Shown one piece after another: positions 19,262 through 28,973 of a stretch of 64,000 nt of DNA (positions are counted from its first letter, which is position 1; every line of letters starts with the position of its first letter). This stretch comes from Nitrospirota bacterium (GTDB taxonomy: Bacteria > Nitrospirota > Thermodesulfovibrionia > UBA6902). The stretch covers positions 3,501 through 67,500 of the forward strand of contig JBDLIC010000001.1 of the NCBI GenBank assembly GCA_039715075.1, written 5' to 3'. Position numbers and translations under genes: made by a program. The notes under the pieces were generated by a model. That model worked only from the letters and a program-made list of their open reading frames with translations. It was not told where the DNA came from and did not search any database.

Positions 19262-19657
19262 TCAATGAGATTTACATTCAGGACAGACACCGTAAAATTC
19301 AATATGATTGCCTAGAAGGTCAAATTCATCATCAACTTCCTCAGGCACGTTGATTGAAAACTTTTTGTGAACGTCCACTATCTTTTTGCACTCCACACAT
19401 ATCAGGTGGTGGTGCGGCTTCGTCTGAGGGTCATATCTTCTTCTTTCAGGATCAATAGTCAGTTCGAGCAGGTCTCCCTTTTTCTTCAGGGCCTCAATCG
19501 TGTTGTATACTGTTGCAAATGACATCATCGGGTACTTCTTTTTTACCTCTCTGAAAATATTGTCTGCTGACGGATGGTCAGTGTTTCCATCAAGGAACTC
19601 CAGTATTGCCAACCTCTGAGGTGTAAGTTTCAGGCCTAATTCTCTAAACTTTTCCAT
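19262..19657 (-). CDS. perR: Fur-family regulator, PerR-like by context
   Basis: It has a Fur fold with HHH…CxxC…CPxC motifs and heads a peroxide-stress gene array. Confidence 0.75.
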   Translation of the reverse strand: MEKFRELGLKLTPQRLAILEFLDGNTDHPSADNIFREVKKKYPMMSFATVYNTIEALKKKGDLLELTIDPERRRYDPQTKPHHHLICVECKKIVDVHKKFSINVPEEVDDEFDLLGNHIEFYGVCPECKSH

Positions 19658-19821
19658 AAATCACCTCTTTAACCCTTTCTATATTAGAAAGGTTACAACA
19701 TTAGAATCATTCTTGTCAAGGGAAAAATTCAAAGAATCAAAAAAAGTTCAAATGATCAAATGTTCGAATGTTCGAATGCGTAATCCTTTAAACATTTTCA
19801 GGATTTCCCTTATTTACTTGT

Positions 19822-19940
19822 TACCTAATGACCTCCCCCTTTGGAAAAGTCGTAGATCCGATCCGGGGGGGATTGAGGGGGATTTTATGGAAATTTAATT
19901 TAAAAATCTCCCCTGACCCCTCTTTGCCAAAGAGGGGAAC
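19822..19940. repeat. MITE-like repeat family A (reverse orientation)
   Basis: The reverse complement matches the ttcccctctttggcaaagagggg…aaaatccccctcaatccccc…ttttccaaaggggg consensus. Confidence 0.65.
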
Positions 19941-20006
19941 TCTTTTCAAATATTTTATCTTGACTATCATTCATCTGATGATATTATGTAAGGAGGAGGT
20001 GACGAC

Positions 20007-20513
20007 ATGAAAACCTGTTTTTTTTCGTTGGCTGTTTTTTTTATCTTTTTGACTGTAACCGCCTTTGCTGTTCACACTGTGATTCCTACAGCGCCGAACG
20101 GCATAGAAATTCCGAAAGACTATAAGAACTGGCGGATAATTGCACCGTCACACCGGACCGACAACAATACAATACGGGTCATTCTCGGAAACAGTACGGC
20201 TATCAGGGCCGCGAGGGGGAAAAGTATAAATCCATGGCCTGAAGGGACCATACTTGCCAAGATTGTCTGGAAAGACCAAACGCACAAAAAATGGCCTGCC
20301 GCCCAGATCCCCGGAAAATTTGTTCATGCAGAATTTATGATCAAGAACTCACGAAAATACGCATCCACCGGCGGATGGGGATTTGCCCGCTGGAAGGGCC
20401 TGGACCAGAAACCATACGGGAAAGACGCAGACTTTGCAAAAGAATGTTTCAACTGCCACAAGCCGGTCATGTATAATGATTATGTATTTACGCATCCGGC
20501 GGAGATACCGTAA
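20007..20513 (+). CDS. cytochrome P460 / c'-beta family protein (secreted)
   Basis: It has a signal peptide and a C-terminal CFNCH haem motif. The product is 168 aa. Confidence 0.5.
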   Translation: MKTCFFSLAVFFIFLTVTAFAVHTVIPTAPNGIEIPKDYKNWRIIAPSHRTDNNTIRVILGNSTAIRAARGKSINPWPEGTILAKIVWKDQTHKKWPAAQIPGKFVHAEFMIKNSRKYASTGGWGFARWKGLDQKPYGKDADFAKECFNCHKPVMYNDYVFTHPAEIP

Positions 20514-20520
20514 AAAAACC

Positions 20521-20583
20521 GTTCGAACCGTTCCAACCGCTTGAGCCGTTTCAACGGTTCGAACGGTTCAAGCGGCTGAAACT
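20521..20583. terminator. Long imperfect palindrome between convergent genes (bidirectional terminator)
   Basis: The sequence reads ccgttcgaaccgttccaaccgcttgagccgtttcaacggttcgaacggttcaagcggctg. Confidence 0.55.
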
Positions 20584-20587
20584 TTTT

Positions 20588-22099
20588 TTATTTTACCGGC
20601 CACAGCATACCCTCAATCGCCGTGAGAAGACTATGGCAGGTTTCGGGCTTAATCGCCGAGATTGCTATAGCATTGTACCTTCTGCATATGCCTTCTGCCT
20701 CTTCGCGGTTAACCATATCTTCCTTGTTAAATGCCATAAGGACCGGCTTGTCCGCAAGATTTAAATCAGACATGATGTTTTCGACCGATTTAATTTGCTG
20801 TTCGAACCGGGGGTTTGAAATATCTACCATGTGTAAAAGAAGGTCTGCATCCTCAAGCTCCTCCAGTGTTGCCTTAAAGGCAGCAAAGAGGTCTTTGGGA
20901 AGGTCGCGGATAAAACCGACCGTATCCGTAATGATCACATCCCTTTCTTTGGGGAACCTGAGCCTCCGGCTCGCAGTATCAAGTGTTGCAAACATCTTGT
21001 CTTCAACAAAGGTCTTACTCCTCGTCAGGTTATTGAGGAGTGTTGATTTCCCGGCATTTGTGTAGCCTATGATCGATATTATCGGGAGCCCAAGAGAGAC
21101 CCTTCGTGCCTTTCTCTGCTGACGTGCACGGCTGAGTGACTTAAGCTGTTTTTCGAGAAGGGTTATCCTTTCTCTGACCCGCCTTCTGTCTACCTCAAGT
21201 TTCATTTCACCGGGACCCCTTCCGCCGACCCCCCCCATCAACCTTGACATGGCAGTCCCTTTGCCTGTGAGACGGGGCAGCCTGTAACGGAGCTGTGCGA
21301 GTTCAACCTGCACTTTTCCGTCCCTGCTGTGAGCACGTCTTGCAAAAATGTCCAGGATAAGCTGGGAACGGTCAATGACCTTCATCTCCGTAATATCACC
21401 GATCGCCTTGATCTGGGAAGGGTTGAGGTCCTGGTCAAATATCAAAAGCGTTGCCCCCTTGTTCATGGAATTTATGACCAGCTCTTTCAGCTTCCCCTCT
21501 CCCATGAGATATTTGGGGTTTATCTGCCTCGGTCTCTGGAGAACAGAATCAAGTACGATTACATTGCTCGCCTCAGCAAGCTCCTTCAGTTCATCCACAG
21601 AGTCTTCCTGCTCAAACCTCGATACTGTCGACACACTTACAAGGACCGCCCTTTCCCGCTTGTCCTTTATGTCGAACCCTCCCCTCCGTGACTCAAGGCC
21701 TTCTTCTATTACGGAGATAAACATATCGAAATCATTAAATATCCGGTCCATCCCGTGAAAAGGCACAGGCCCGGTCACTTCATATGATGCATCGGCTTTT
21801 GATGAGAAAAGATGGGCAAGAGTAATATTGTCGGGCTGGCCGTCCTTCAACCCGATAACGATCAGGGCATCAAGTCTCAACAGTGAAAGGTCGGTAATGT
21901 CATCCTGATTGATTTTTTCACTTTTAATGTGTGTGTGGATCAGTCTGAGACCGCGGAGTACTTTTCTGCCAAGGGGAAAATTATCAAGATCAGGAATAAA
22001 TATCCCTTTTGCATCACCGACAATCACATGGCTTATGTTCCCGTTTCTGTGTACCATCACCCCAATCTGACGTCCGATATTATCAGAACATTCAGCCAT
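20588..22099 (-). CDS. hflX: GTPase HflX
   Basis: It has a GYTNAGKST P-loop and an HflX N-domain. Confidence 0.85.
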   Translation of the reverse strand: MAECSDNIGRQIGVMVHRNGNISHVIVGDAKGIFIPDLDNFPLGRKVLRGLRLIHTHIKSEKINQDDITDLSLLRLDALIVIGLKDGQPDNITLAHLFSSKADASYEVTGPVPFHGMDRIFNDFDMFISVIEEGLESRRGGFDIKDKRERAVLVSVSTVSRFEQEDSVDELKELAEASNVIVLDSVLQRPRQINPKYLMGEGKLKELVINSMNKGATLLIFDQDLNPSQIKAIGDITEMKVIDRSQLILDIFARRAHSRDGKVQVELAQLRYRLPRLTGKGTAMSRLMGGVGGRGPGEMKLEVDRRRVRERITLLEKQLKSLSRARQQRKARRVSLGLPIISIIGYTNAGKSTLLNNLTRSKTFVEDKMFATLDTASRRLRFPKERDVIITDTVGFIRDLPKDLFAAFKATLEELEDADLLLHMVDISNPRFEQQIKSVENIMSDLNLADKPVLMAFNKEDMVNREEAEGICRRYNAIAISAIKPETCHSLLTAIEGMLWPVK

Positions 22100-22224
22100 G
22101 AGTTTTGCGAGGTCGGTTGTCAGAACTTTGTTCCTGGGAATGCGTCTTCTATAAATACGCTCGAGCGTTTTAAGGTCGCTCTTCTTTAAGCCCGATGTGT
22201 TGCCTAATACTGACGGAATGATCT

Positions 22225-22312
22225 CCTCCTTAAATCCCCCCTAACCCCCCCTTTTCCAAAGTGGGGAACTATGCAAGTCCCACTTTGGAAAAGGGGGATT
22301 TAGGGGGATTTT
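22225..22312. repeat. MITE-like repeat family A (short/inverted-dimer variant)
   Basis: The sequence reads cccctaacccccccttttccaaagtgggga…cccactttggaaaagggggatttagggggatttttt. Confidence 0.6.
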
Positions 22313-24970
22313 TTAATGCGCTTCCCCCCAGTTTAACCCAATCCCCATATCAACCTTGAGCGGAACGGAAAGATCAACCGCATTTTCCATTTCCTCCCGG
22401 ACCAGCTCCTGAATAATATCTTTTTCATTTTCCGGGACTTCGAATAACAACTCATCGTGGACCTGGAGAAGCATTTTTGTCTTTAACCCTTCTTTTTTCA
22501 ATCTCCTATGAATATTCAGCATGGATACTTTTATTATGTCAGCCGCCGAGCCCTGGACAGGTGTGTTGGTAGCAAGCCTCTCACCTAGCTGGCGTATATT
22601 TTTATTTGAGCTTTTCAGTTCAGGGATTGCCCTTTTTCTGTTAAAGATTGTCTTGACATATCCGTCCTTTGAGACCTTTTGTATTAATGAATCAATATAG
22701 TCCTTAACACCGCTGAACCGCGAAAAATATGTATCAATATAAAACTTTGCCTCATCAACAGGAATCCCGAGCTGCTGGCTCAGGCCATATGGACTCATAC
22801 CATAAACAATCCCGAAGTTCACGGTCTTGGCATTCCGCCTCATTTCGTCAGTCACTTTTTCAGCTGCAACTCCAAACAGCCCGCATGCTGTCCTTGTATG
22901 AATATCTCCGTCATTATTAAATTCATCAACAAGCTCTTTGTCCCCGCTGAGATGTGCAAAAACCCGGAGCTCTATCTGGGAGTAATCCGAAGAGAGAAGC
23001 AGGTTGCCCTTTTCAGCGATAAAGGCCTCTCTTATCTTTTTGCCCCATTCACCCCTGATCGGGATATTCTGGAGATTCGGAGCTGAACTGCTGAGTCTTC
23101 CCGTGGCTGTAATGGTCTGATTGAATGAAGTATGGATCCTGCCGGTCTTTGGATTTACAAGCCTTGGAAGGGCATCTACATATGTACTTTTGAGTTTTGA
23201 GAGTGCCCTGTATTCAATTATCTCTTTGGGCAGTTCATGCTGAAGTGCAAGCTGTTCAAGGACATCAATGTTTGTTGAATACCCTGTTTTAATTTTTTTA
23301 ATCGGTTTAAGGCCCAGCTTCTCAAAGAGAATTTCCTGGAGCTGTTTTGGAGAATTAATATTAAATTCATCACCCGCAATAAAATATATCCTCTTCTTAA
23401 TACTCGCGAGCTCCCTCTCCATTTTTTCTGAAAAAGATTCCATCAGCGGCAGGTCAATCTTTATACCCGCCATCTCCATATCAGCGAGGACTTCTATCAA
23501 AGGCACCTCTATATCATGGAACAGCCCTGACAACCCCTCTTTTTCAATTTCAGGACTGAATATCTCCTGCAACCTTAATGTAACAGCAGAATCCTCTCCC
23601 GAATACTCAGCGGCCTCATCAACAGGGACTTCACTGAAATCTTTCCTGTCTTTACCGACTATATCCTTGAATGAGATCTTTTGAATACCGAGCCGTTCCA
23701 TTGATACGTCAGTGAGGTTATGGTTTGCCTTGTTCGGGTTCAGCAGATAGGAGGCAAGCATTGTATCAAAAGCAACGCCTCTCACATCTATCCCTTCATT
23801 CCTTAAGACAATAAGGTCATATTTTATATTGTGGCCTGTTTTTTTGATTCCGGGATCTTCAAGAATCCCCTTCATCTCCTTAAGCACCAGGTCTTTGGAC
23901 AGCTGCTCAGGCATCCCCATGTAATGATGTGAAACCGGTATATAATATGCTCTCTCAGGGTTCACAGAAAAAGACACTCCCACGAGCTGCGCAGTCATGG
24001 GGAATTTCGAGGTTGTTTCAGTATCAATCGTAACTTCATCTTTTATCGAAGCAAGGGCCTTCTTCAGTGTGTCTTTATCCAGGACAGTTATGTATTCCGA
24101 CTTTACCGGTACGGGCGCCCTCCTGTCCGGGACCAGTTTCAGCAGACTGTTAAACTCGAACTCCCGGAAATACTCCTCCAGCTTTTCCCATTCAGGTTCC
24201 CGCAGCTCAAAATCGTTCATCGTGATATCAAGCTGAAGGTCTGTATGAAGGGTAGCCAGTTCTTTGCTGAGCCTTATATTTTCTATGTTTGCAGCCACTG
24301 CATTCTGCGCCCGCTTATTCTTTATACTGGAACAATTATTAATCACCTCTTCAAGGCTCCCGAATTCTTTCAGGAGTTTCACCGCGGTTTTTTCACCTAT
24401 CCCGGGCGCTCCCGGTATATTGTCCGATGCGTCCCCCATCAACGCCAGGATCTCAGGGAACTGCGAAGGCTTGACTCCGAAACGTTCAACCACATCCTTC
24501 TCTTCCGTGATCTTCTCTTTCATGCTGTCATACAGGCGGACCTTCTTTGTTATAGACTGACACATGTCTTTGTCCCCGGTAACAATGTATACATCTATCC
24601 CGGATGATTCAGCCTGTTTCGAGATGGTCCCGAGCAGATCGTCAGCCTCGTAACCTTCCATTTCAATCGTAAATATGTTGAAGGCATGCATAATGTCTTT
24701 TATCAGCGGGAACTGCGGCCTCAGGTCATCGGGCATCTCAGGCCGGTGGGCCTTGTACTCTTCGTACATTTTATGTCTGTGGGTCGGGCCCTGTGTATCA
24801 AATACAATCCCGAAATAATCAGGATTTTTCTCTTTCAGGATCTTGAATATCATATTGGTAAAACCGAAAACAGCATTCGTAGGCACCCCTGAAGACGATG
24901 TCAGGCCCCTTATTGCATAAAAAGCACGATAGACATAGGAGTTCCCGTCTATGAGATAAAGTGAAGGCAT
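22313..24970 (-). CDS. polA: DNA polymerase I
   Basis: The 885-aa product has a 5'-3' exonuclease, a 3'-5' exonuclease and polymerase motifs. Confidence 0.9.
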   Translation of the reverse strand: MPSLYLIDGNSYVYRAFYAIRGLTSSSGVPTNAVFGFTNMIFKILKEKNPDYFGIVFDTQGPTHRHKMYEEYKAHRPEMPDDLRPQFPLIKDIMHAFNIFTIEMEGYEADDLLGTISKQAESSGIDVYIVTGDKDMCQSITKKVRLYDSMKEKITEEKDVVERFGVKPSQFPEILALMGDASDNIPGAPGIGEKTAVKLLKEFGSLEEVINNCSSIKNKRAQNAVAANIENIRLSKELATLHTDLQLDITMNDFELREPEWEKLEEYFREFEFNSLLKLVPDRRAPVPVKSEYITVLDKDTLKKALASIKDEVTIDTETTSKFPMTAQLVGVSFSVNPERAYYIPVSHHYMGMPEQLSKDLVLKEMKGILEDPGIKKTGHNIKYDLIVLRNEGIDVRGVAFDTMLASYLLNPNKANHNLTDVSMERLGIQKISFKDIVGKDRKDFSEVPVDEAAEYSGEDSAVTLRLQEIFSPEIEKEGLSGLFHDIEVPLIEVLADMEMAGIKIDLPLMESFSEKMERELASIKKRIYFIAGDEFNINSPKQLQEILFEKLGLKPIKKIKTGYSTNIDVLEQLALQHELPKEIIEYRALSKLKSTYVDALPRLVNPKTGRIHTSFNQTITATGRLSSSAPNLQNIPIRGEWGKKIREAFIAEKGNLLLSSDYSQIELRVFAHLSGDKELVDEFNNDGDIHTRTACGLFGVAAEKVTDEMRRNAKTVNFGIVYGMSPYGLSQQLGIPVDEAKFYIDTYFSRFSGVKDYIDSLIQKVSKDGYVKTIFNRKRAIPELKSSNKNIRQLGERLATNTPVQGSAADIIKVSMLNIHRRLKKEGLKTKMLLQVHDELLFEVPENEKDIIQELVREEMENAVDLSVPLKVDMGIGLNWGEAH

Positions 24971-24990
24971 GGGGTATTATACACCAAGGG

Positions 24991-25245
24991 CTAGATTACT
25001 TTTATCTTGTTGTCTTTAAGAAATTGAATCGTTTTACTGCAGACAGGAGTGGATGTTTTGACACTTATTCTGGAATCAGGTTGTATTGCTTTGATCTTAT
25101 CCGCCTTTTCAAGAATCTTCCTTCCATCAGACATAATTATCCGGCTCTTCCGGGAGATTACAAAGGCAAAATGGTTTTTGCTTATCTGTTGAATTACTGT
25201 CTTTGGAGGAAGACCGAATTCTTTGGGATCAATAACCGTGTCCAT
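24991..25245 (-). CDS. small hypothetical protein
   Basis: An 84-aa ORF in an operon position downstream of polA. Confidence 0.4.
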   Translation of the reverse strand: MDTVIDPKEFGLPPKTVIQQISKNHFAFVISRKSRIIMSDGRKILEKADKIKAIQPDSRISVKTSTPVCSKTIQFLKDNKIKVI

Positions 25246-25344
25246 TTAATTTTCAATAGTATACATAAGCCCCATTTTTTATTGCAAAAACAGTTTTTAA
25301 AGAAAATGAAGCTCCCCGCCTACAAGGCAGGGCATCAAAAAGAA

Positions 25345-25477
25345 TAACTTTATTAATGATAATGCAATCTGTATTCCCCTCTTTGGCAAAGAGGGGCTAG
25401 GGGAGATTTTTTAAAGAAATTATTCGTAAAATCCCCCTTAATCCCCCTTTTCCAAAGGGGGAGACTTGAAAGGAGAA
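25345..25477. repeat. MITE-like repeat family A, long copy
   Basis: It is near-identical to the 7960-8098 copy. Confidence 0.7.
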
Positions 25478-25698
25478 CTCGAAGAACGACTGTGAGTCAA
25501 TAACTTCAGCTCAAATCTATAATTGATGATTATATCTACTTATTAATAATTTTGGAATTTAGCTGAGATTGTTGATACCACCTGATAATCAATAATCTGT
25601 GAATATTTGAAAATTGATGATTACATGTAGAAGAGCGAATAGAAAGTAACAAATCAGGCAGATTTCCTTTTGACGAACCGCCTGCTTGCAAAGCATGT

Positions 25699-27024
25699 TC
25701 ATGGATATATGGCATTAAATAACCTATTTGCCCGTTCATTATCAAGGTCTTTCAGTGTCTTGTATTCATCTAAGGCAGAACCCTGATCATCTTCTAAAAT
25801 ATAAATAAGACCAAGCTTAAAGTGTACCTCTGCATCATCAGGTTTAAGCCTGATTACCTGTTTGTAGGCATCTACTGCTTCCTGATACTTACCTAAATCT
25901 GCATAGGCAAGACCAAGATTATTGTGTAGAGTTGCATCATCAGGTTTAATCCCGATTGCCTGCTTGAAAGCATCAATTGCTTCTTGATATTTGCCTAACT
26001 CTCCATAGGCAAGACCAAGATTATTGTGTACAGTTGATTGTTCAGGTTTAATCTTGATTGACTGCTTAAGGGCATCTACTGCTTCCTGATTTTTGCCCAA
26101 CTTCCAATAGGCAAGACCAAGATTAGCACGTGCTTCTGCATAGGCAGGTTTGATCCTGATTGTCTGTTTGAAGGCATCCACTGCCTCCTGATACTGGCCT
26201 GATTTAACATAAGCAGTACCAAGATTATTATGTCCAGTTGCATCATCAGGTTTAATTCTGATTACCTGCTTAAAGGCATCTACTGCCTCCTGATACTTGC
26301 CCAATTTCATATAGAGTACTGCAAGATTATTGTGTGCATTTGCATGGTCAGGCTCAATCCTGATTGCCTGCTTGTAGGCATCTTCTGCCATCTGATACTT
26401 TCTCAAATCCTCATAGGAAATTTCAAAATTATAGTGTGCGACTAAATAATCAACAGGTAAAATCTTGATTGCCTGTTTGAAGACATCCTCTGGCTCCAGA
26501 TACTTGCTCAATCTCCTATAAGCATTACCAAGCATATTGTATGCATCTGCATGGCCAGGTTCAATCCTGATTGCCTGCTTGAAGGCATCCACTGCCTCCT
26601 GATACTTACCCAATTTCATGTAAGCAATACCATGATTGTAATGTGCATTGGCATAATCAGGTTCAATCCTGATTGCCTGCTTGAAGGCATCCACTGCCTC
26701 CTGATACTTGCCCAACTTCCTATAGATAAAACCAAGACTATAGTGTGCTTGTCCATAATCGGGATCAATCCTGATTGCCTGTTTTAAGGCATTTACTGCT
26801 TCCTGATTTTTGCCCAAATTCCCATAGGAAAGACCAAGATTGTAGTATGCGTCGGCATCTTCAGGTTCAATCCTAATTACTTGTTTGTAGGCATCTACGG
26901 CCTCTTGATGCTTGCCCGATTCAGCATAGGCAAGAGCAAGTTCAAAATAATAACCTTCATCCTTCATCTGATTATTAGCCTTGTCTGAATCAGCAAAGGC
27001 AATAGATGTGATAATAAATACCAA
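25699..27024 (-). CDS. TPR-repeat protein with about 12 near-identical 34-aa units; secreted
   Basis: The 102-nt units are almost identical at the DNA level. The listed start is TTG. A signal peptide (KRNFVFVVLIFLVFIITSIAFA) lies in frame just upstream, so the true start is a few codons earlier. Confidence 0.7.
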   Translation of the reverse strand: MVFIITSIAFADSDKANNQMKDEGYYFELALAYAESGKHQEAVDAYKQVIRIEPEDADAYYNLGLSYGNLGKNQEAVNALKQAIRIDPDYGQAHYSLGFIYRKLGKYQEAVDAFKQAIRIEPDYANAHYNHGIAYMKLGKYQEAVDAFKQAIRIEPGHADAYNMLGNAYRRLSKYLEPEDVFKQAIKILPVDYLVAHYNFEISYEDLRKYQMAEDAYKQAIRIEPDHANAHNNLAVLYMKLGKYQEAVDAFKQVIRIKPDDATGHNNLGTAYVKSGQYQEAVDAFKQTIRIKPAYAEARANLGLAYWKLGKNQEAVDALKQSIKIKPEQSTVHNNLGLAYGELGKYQEAIDAFKQAIGIKPDDATLHNNLGLAYADLGKYQEAVDAYKQVIRLKPDDAEVHFKLGLIYILEDDQGSALDEYKTLKDLDNERANRLFNAIYP

Positions 27025-27271
27025 GAAAATGAGAACAACGAAGACAAAGTTTCTTTTAATAAAAATAGATTCATTTTCTTAACCTTTTTTGAAAACAAAT
27101 AACCAATATACTAAGACTTTCAAGTTGAAGTCGATAACAACATGTACGCATCACTGACGAGTGCCGCTCAATCATAAAAACATGCCTGAAACTGTTTCTG
27201 CACGCTTCATCACAATGCAAGCCCAAAAGTGTCCTGCGGCACTCATTTATATGTCGGATAATTGTGTGCTG

Positions 27272-28276
27272 TCATGCGGTCAACAGTTTTTCAAGTAGTG
27301 CTTTGGTTGTTATTACTGCTTTGTATGTCTCATCACTTGAAGCTTGCTTCAACACATGAACAGCAGCATTTCGTTTCTTTCTGATTTTATCCGCCTTTTT
27401 TGCTTCGCCGTCATCTAATATTTTCTCTATTCTTGCATTTTCAATTAGCACTTGAAAGTCTTTCTCCTTAAAACCTTTCAATCCTTTGCTCTTATCAATA
27501 TCATAAACAAGTTTGTGGTCTTTTCTTAACAACACCTGCTTGAGAATCGCTTCAAGAATTGAACAACTCAAAATCAATGAGGCAGTATTAAGGCCATGGC
27601 ACCATGCATCCATTGCTTGCTGAAAATAGGTTCTTATTTCGTTGTTTGGTCTTACGGTGATGAATGTTGGCTTAATCATTTTTACTCTTTCAATGTAGTC
27701 TCCAACAATATTAACCATTAGTCCAGAAAAACCACCAGAAAATATTTCATCAGATAGTTCATCATAACTTATATTTTCCCAAAGGTCGTCGATTGCCACG
27801 ATCGCATCTGACATTAATTCAGAGTCCTCAAAATACAAGAAATCGCCCGGATGCCACATAAGATGTTTTACAATTTCTTTAGCATATTCACTTACTTCAT
27901 CTGAGTATTTAAAAAAAGAATCAGGTGTAGCAGTTTTTGATTTATATTCTTTGTGAAGGTCAACTAAACCCTTAATGGTTATTACGAGCGGCTCAGAAGT
28001 AGCATCAACACCTTCATGAAATCTAAGCCCACCAAAAGCGACAAGATAAACAGTAGACCGGCACTTCTGGCAACGGATTTGTTTTGTAATCTCTAAAGCA
28101 GTTTCCGAGAATACCTTCAATTTTTCATCGTTTGAAAAATCTTTGGGTTCGGCATTCAATTTATCTTTTAAACTCTGAAATATAGGATGTTGCTCGATAA
28201 AAAATGTATATTTGCATTTCTTGCATCGAAACTCGAACAATTGAGCCTCCATTAGGCTTTCTTTTGAATCCAGCAA
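27272..28276 (-). CDS. Zn-ribbon protein with a C-terminal HEPN-like (DUF4145-like) domain
   Basis: The N-terminus has CKKCKY…CQKCRS. The C-terminal helical region ends with …KIRKKRNAAVHVLK…, an R-N-x3-H HEPN motif. It overlaps the upstream gene by 25 nt. Confidence 0.45.
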   Translation of the reverse strand: MLDSKESLMEAQLFEFRCKKCKYTFFIEQHPIFQSLKDKLNAEPKDFSNDEKLKVFSETALEITKQIRCQKCRSTVYLVAFGGLRFHEGVDATSEPLVITIKGLVDLHKEYKSKTATPDSFFKYSDEVSEYAKEIVKHLMWHPGDFLYFEDSELMSDAIVAIDDLWENISYDELSDEIFSGGFSGLMVNIVGDYIERVKMIKPTFITVRPNNEIRTYFQQAMDAWCHGLNTASLILSCSILEAILKQVLLRKDHKLVYDIDKSKGLKGFKEKDFQVLIENARIEKILDDGEAKKADKIRKKRNAAVHVLKQASSDETYKAVITTKALLEKLLTA

Positions 28277-28560
28277 ATGTATTGCCGATCTATTTCAACT
28301 AGACTATCAAGAGATAAGTCTTTGTATTGCATATCTGAAGGAATAAAATCAGTAATTACCGCGATAAAGGTATTTTCTGATGTCTTGTCTTTTATTGTCA
28401 TCTCTATTTTATTACCTTTATAAAAAGCAGATACGAAATGTCCAATATCAACAGGTCCATCAATTGAAGAGAATATGTCACTGGTATTATTGCCAGTATA
28501 TTTTTGCGTGATGCCCCGACGTTCGCAAGTGTCCCATTTTAGTTTCTTGATTTCAGTCAT
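28252..28560 (-). CDS. hypothetical protein (operon member)
   Basis: A 102-aa ORF with no recognisable motif. Confidence 0.45.
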   Translation of the reverse strand: MTEIKKLKWDTCERRGITQKYTGNNTSDIFSSIDGPVDIGHFVSAFYKGNKIEMTIKDKTSENTFIAVITDFIPSDMQYKDLSLDSLVEIDRQYICWIQKKA

Positions 28561-28593
28561 TATAATGCCTCCAAACGATCCATTAGTTCTTTC

Positions 28594-28944
28594 CTATTGC
28601 CTTATCAGGCCATGCCTTGTCCGATAATTATAAACAGCCGTCTGAGCTTGTCTATATCCAAACCCAAGCCTTTCCAGGTGGTGTATACAATCCATTGGCG
28701 CTTTCGTTTGGGCATTGAACTCACTTAGAATTTGATCATATTCTTCGCGCGACCCTCTACGGGATGAAATGATATTTTCTCCGTGATACAAATATACATA
28801 AGCCCCATTCTTCGCTTGCCCTCTGGTGGTCCCAGCTTCCATGAGTAGCCGTTCACATTCTGATTGCGAAAGCCCCAGAGTCATAGCATCGTGACTATCG
28901 AGAATACGAATGTATTCTTCCTGTGTAAATCTCTTGGTTTGCAT
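28594..28944 (-). CDS. hypothetical protein (operon member, possible HTH)
   Basis: A 116-aa ORF. Confidence 0.45.
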   Translation of the reverse strand: MQTKRFTQEEYIRILDSHDAMTLGLSQSECERLLMEAGTTRGQAKNGAYVYLYHGENIISSRRGSREEYDQILSEFNAQTKAPMDCIHHLERLGFGYRQAQTAVYNYRTRHGLIRQ

Positions 28945-28973
28945 GACGTTACCCCCTCCTCATAATATTTTAT

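Noticed and set aside
19111-19302. 63-aa ORF as listed
   Set aside because: Its 5' part overlaps the perR 3' end. The internal ATG at 19218, which has a GGAGG RBS, gives the plausible 35-aa zinc-ribbon product.
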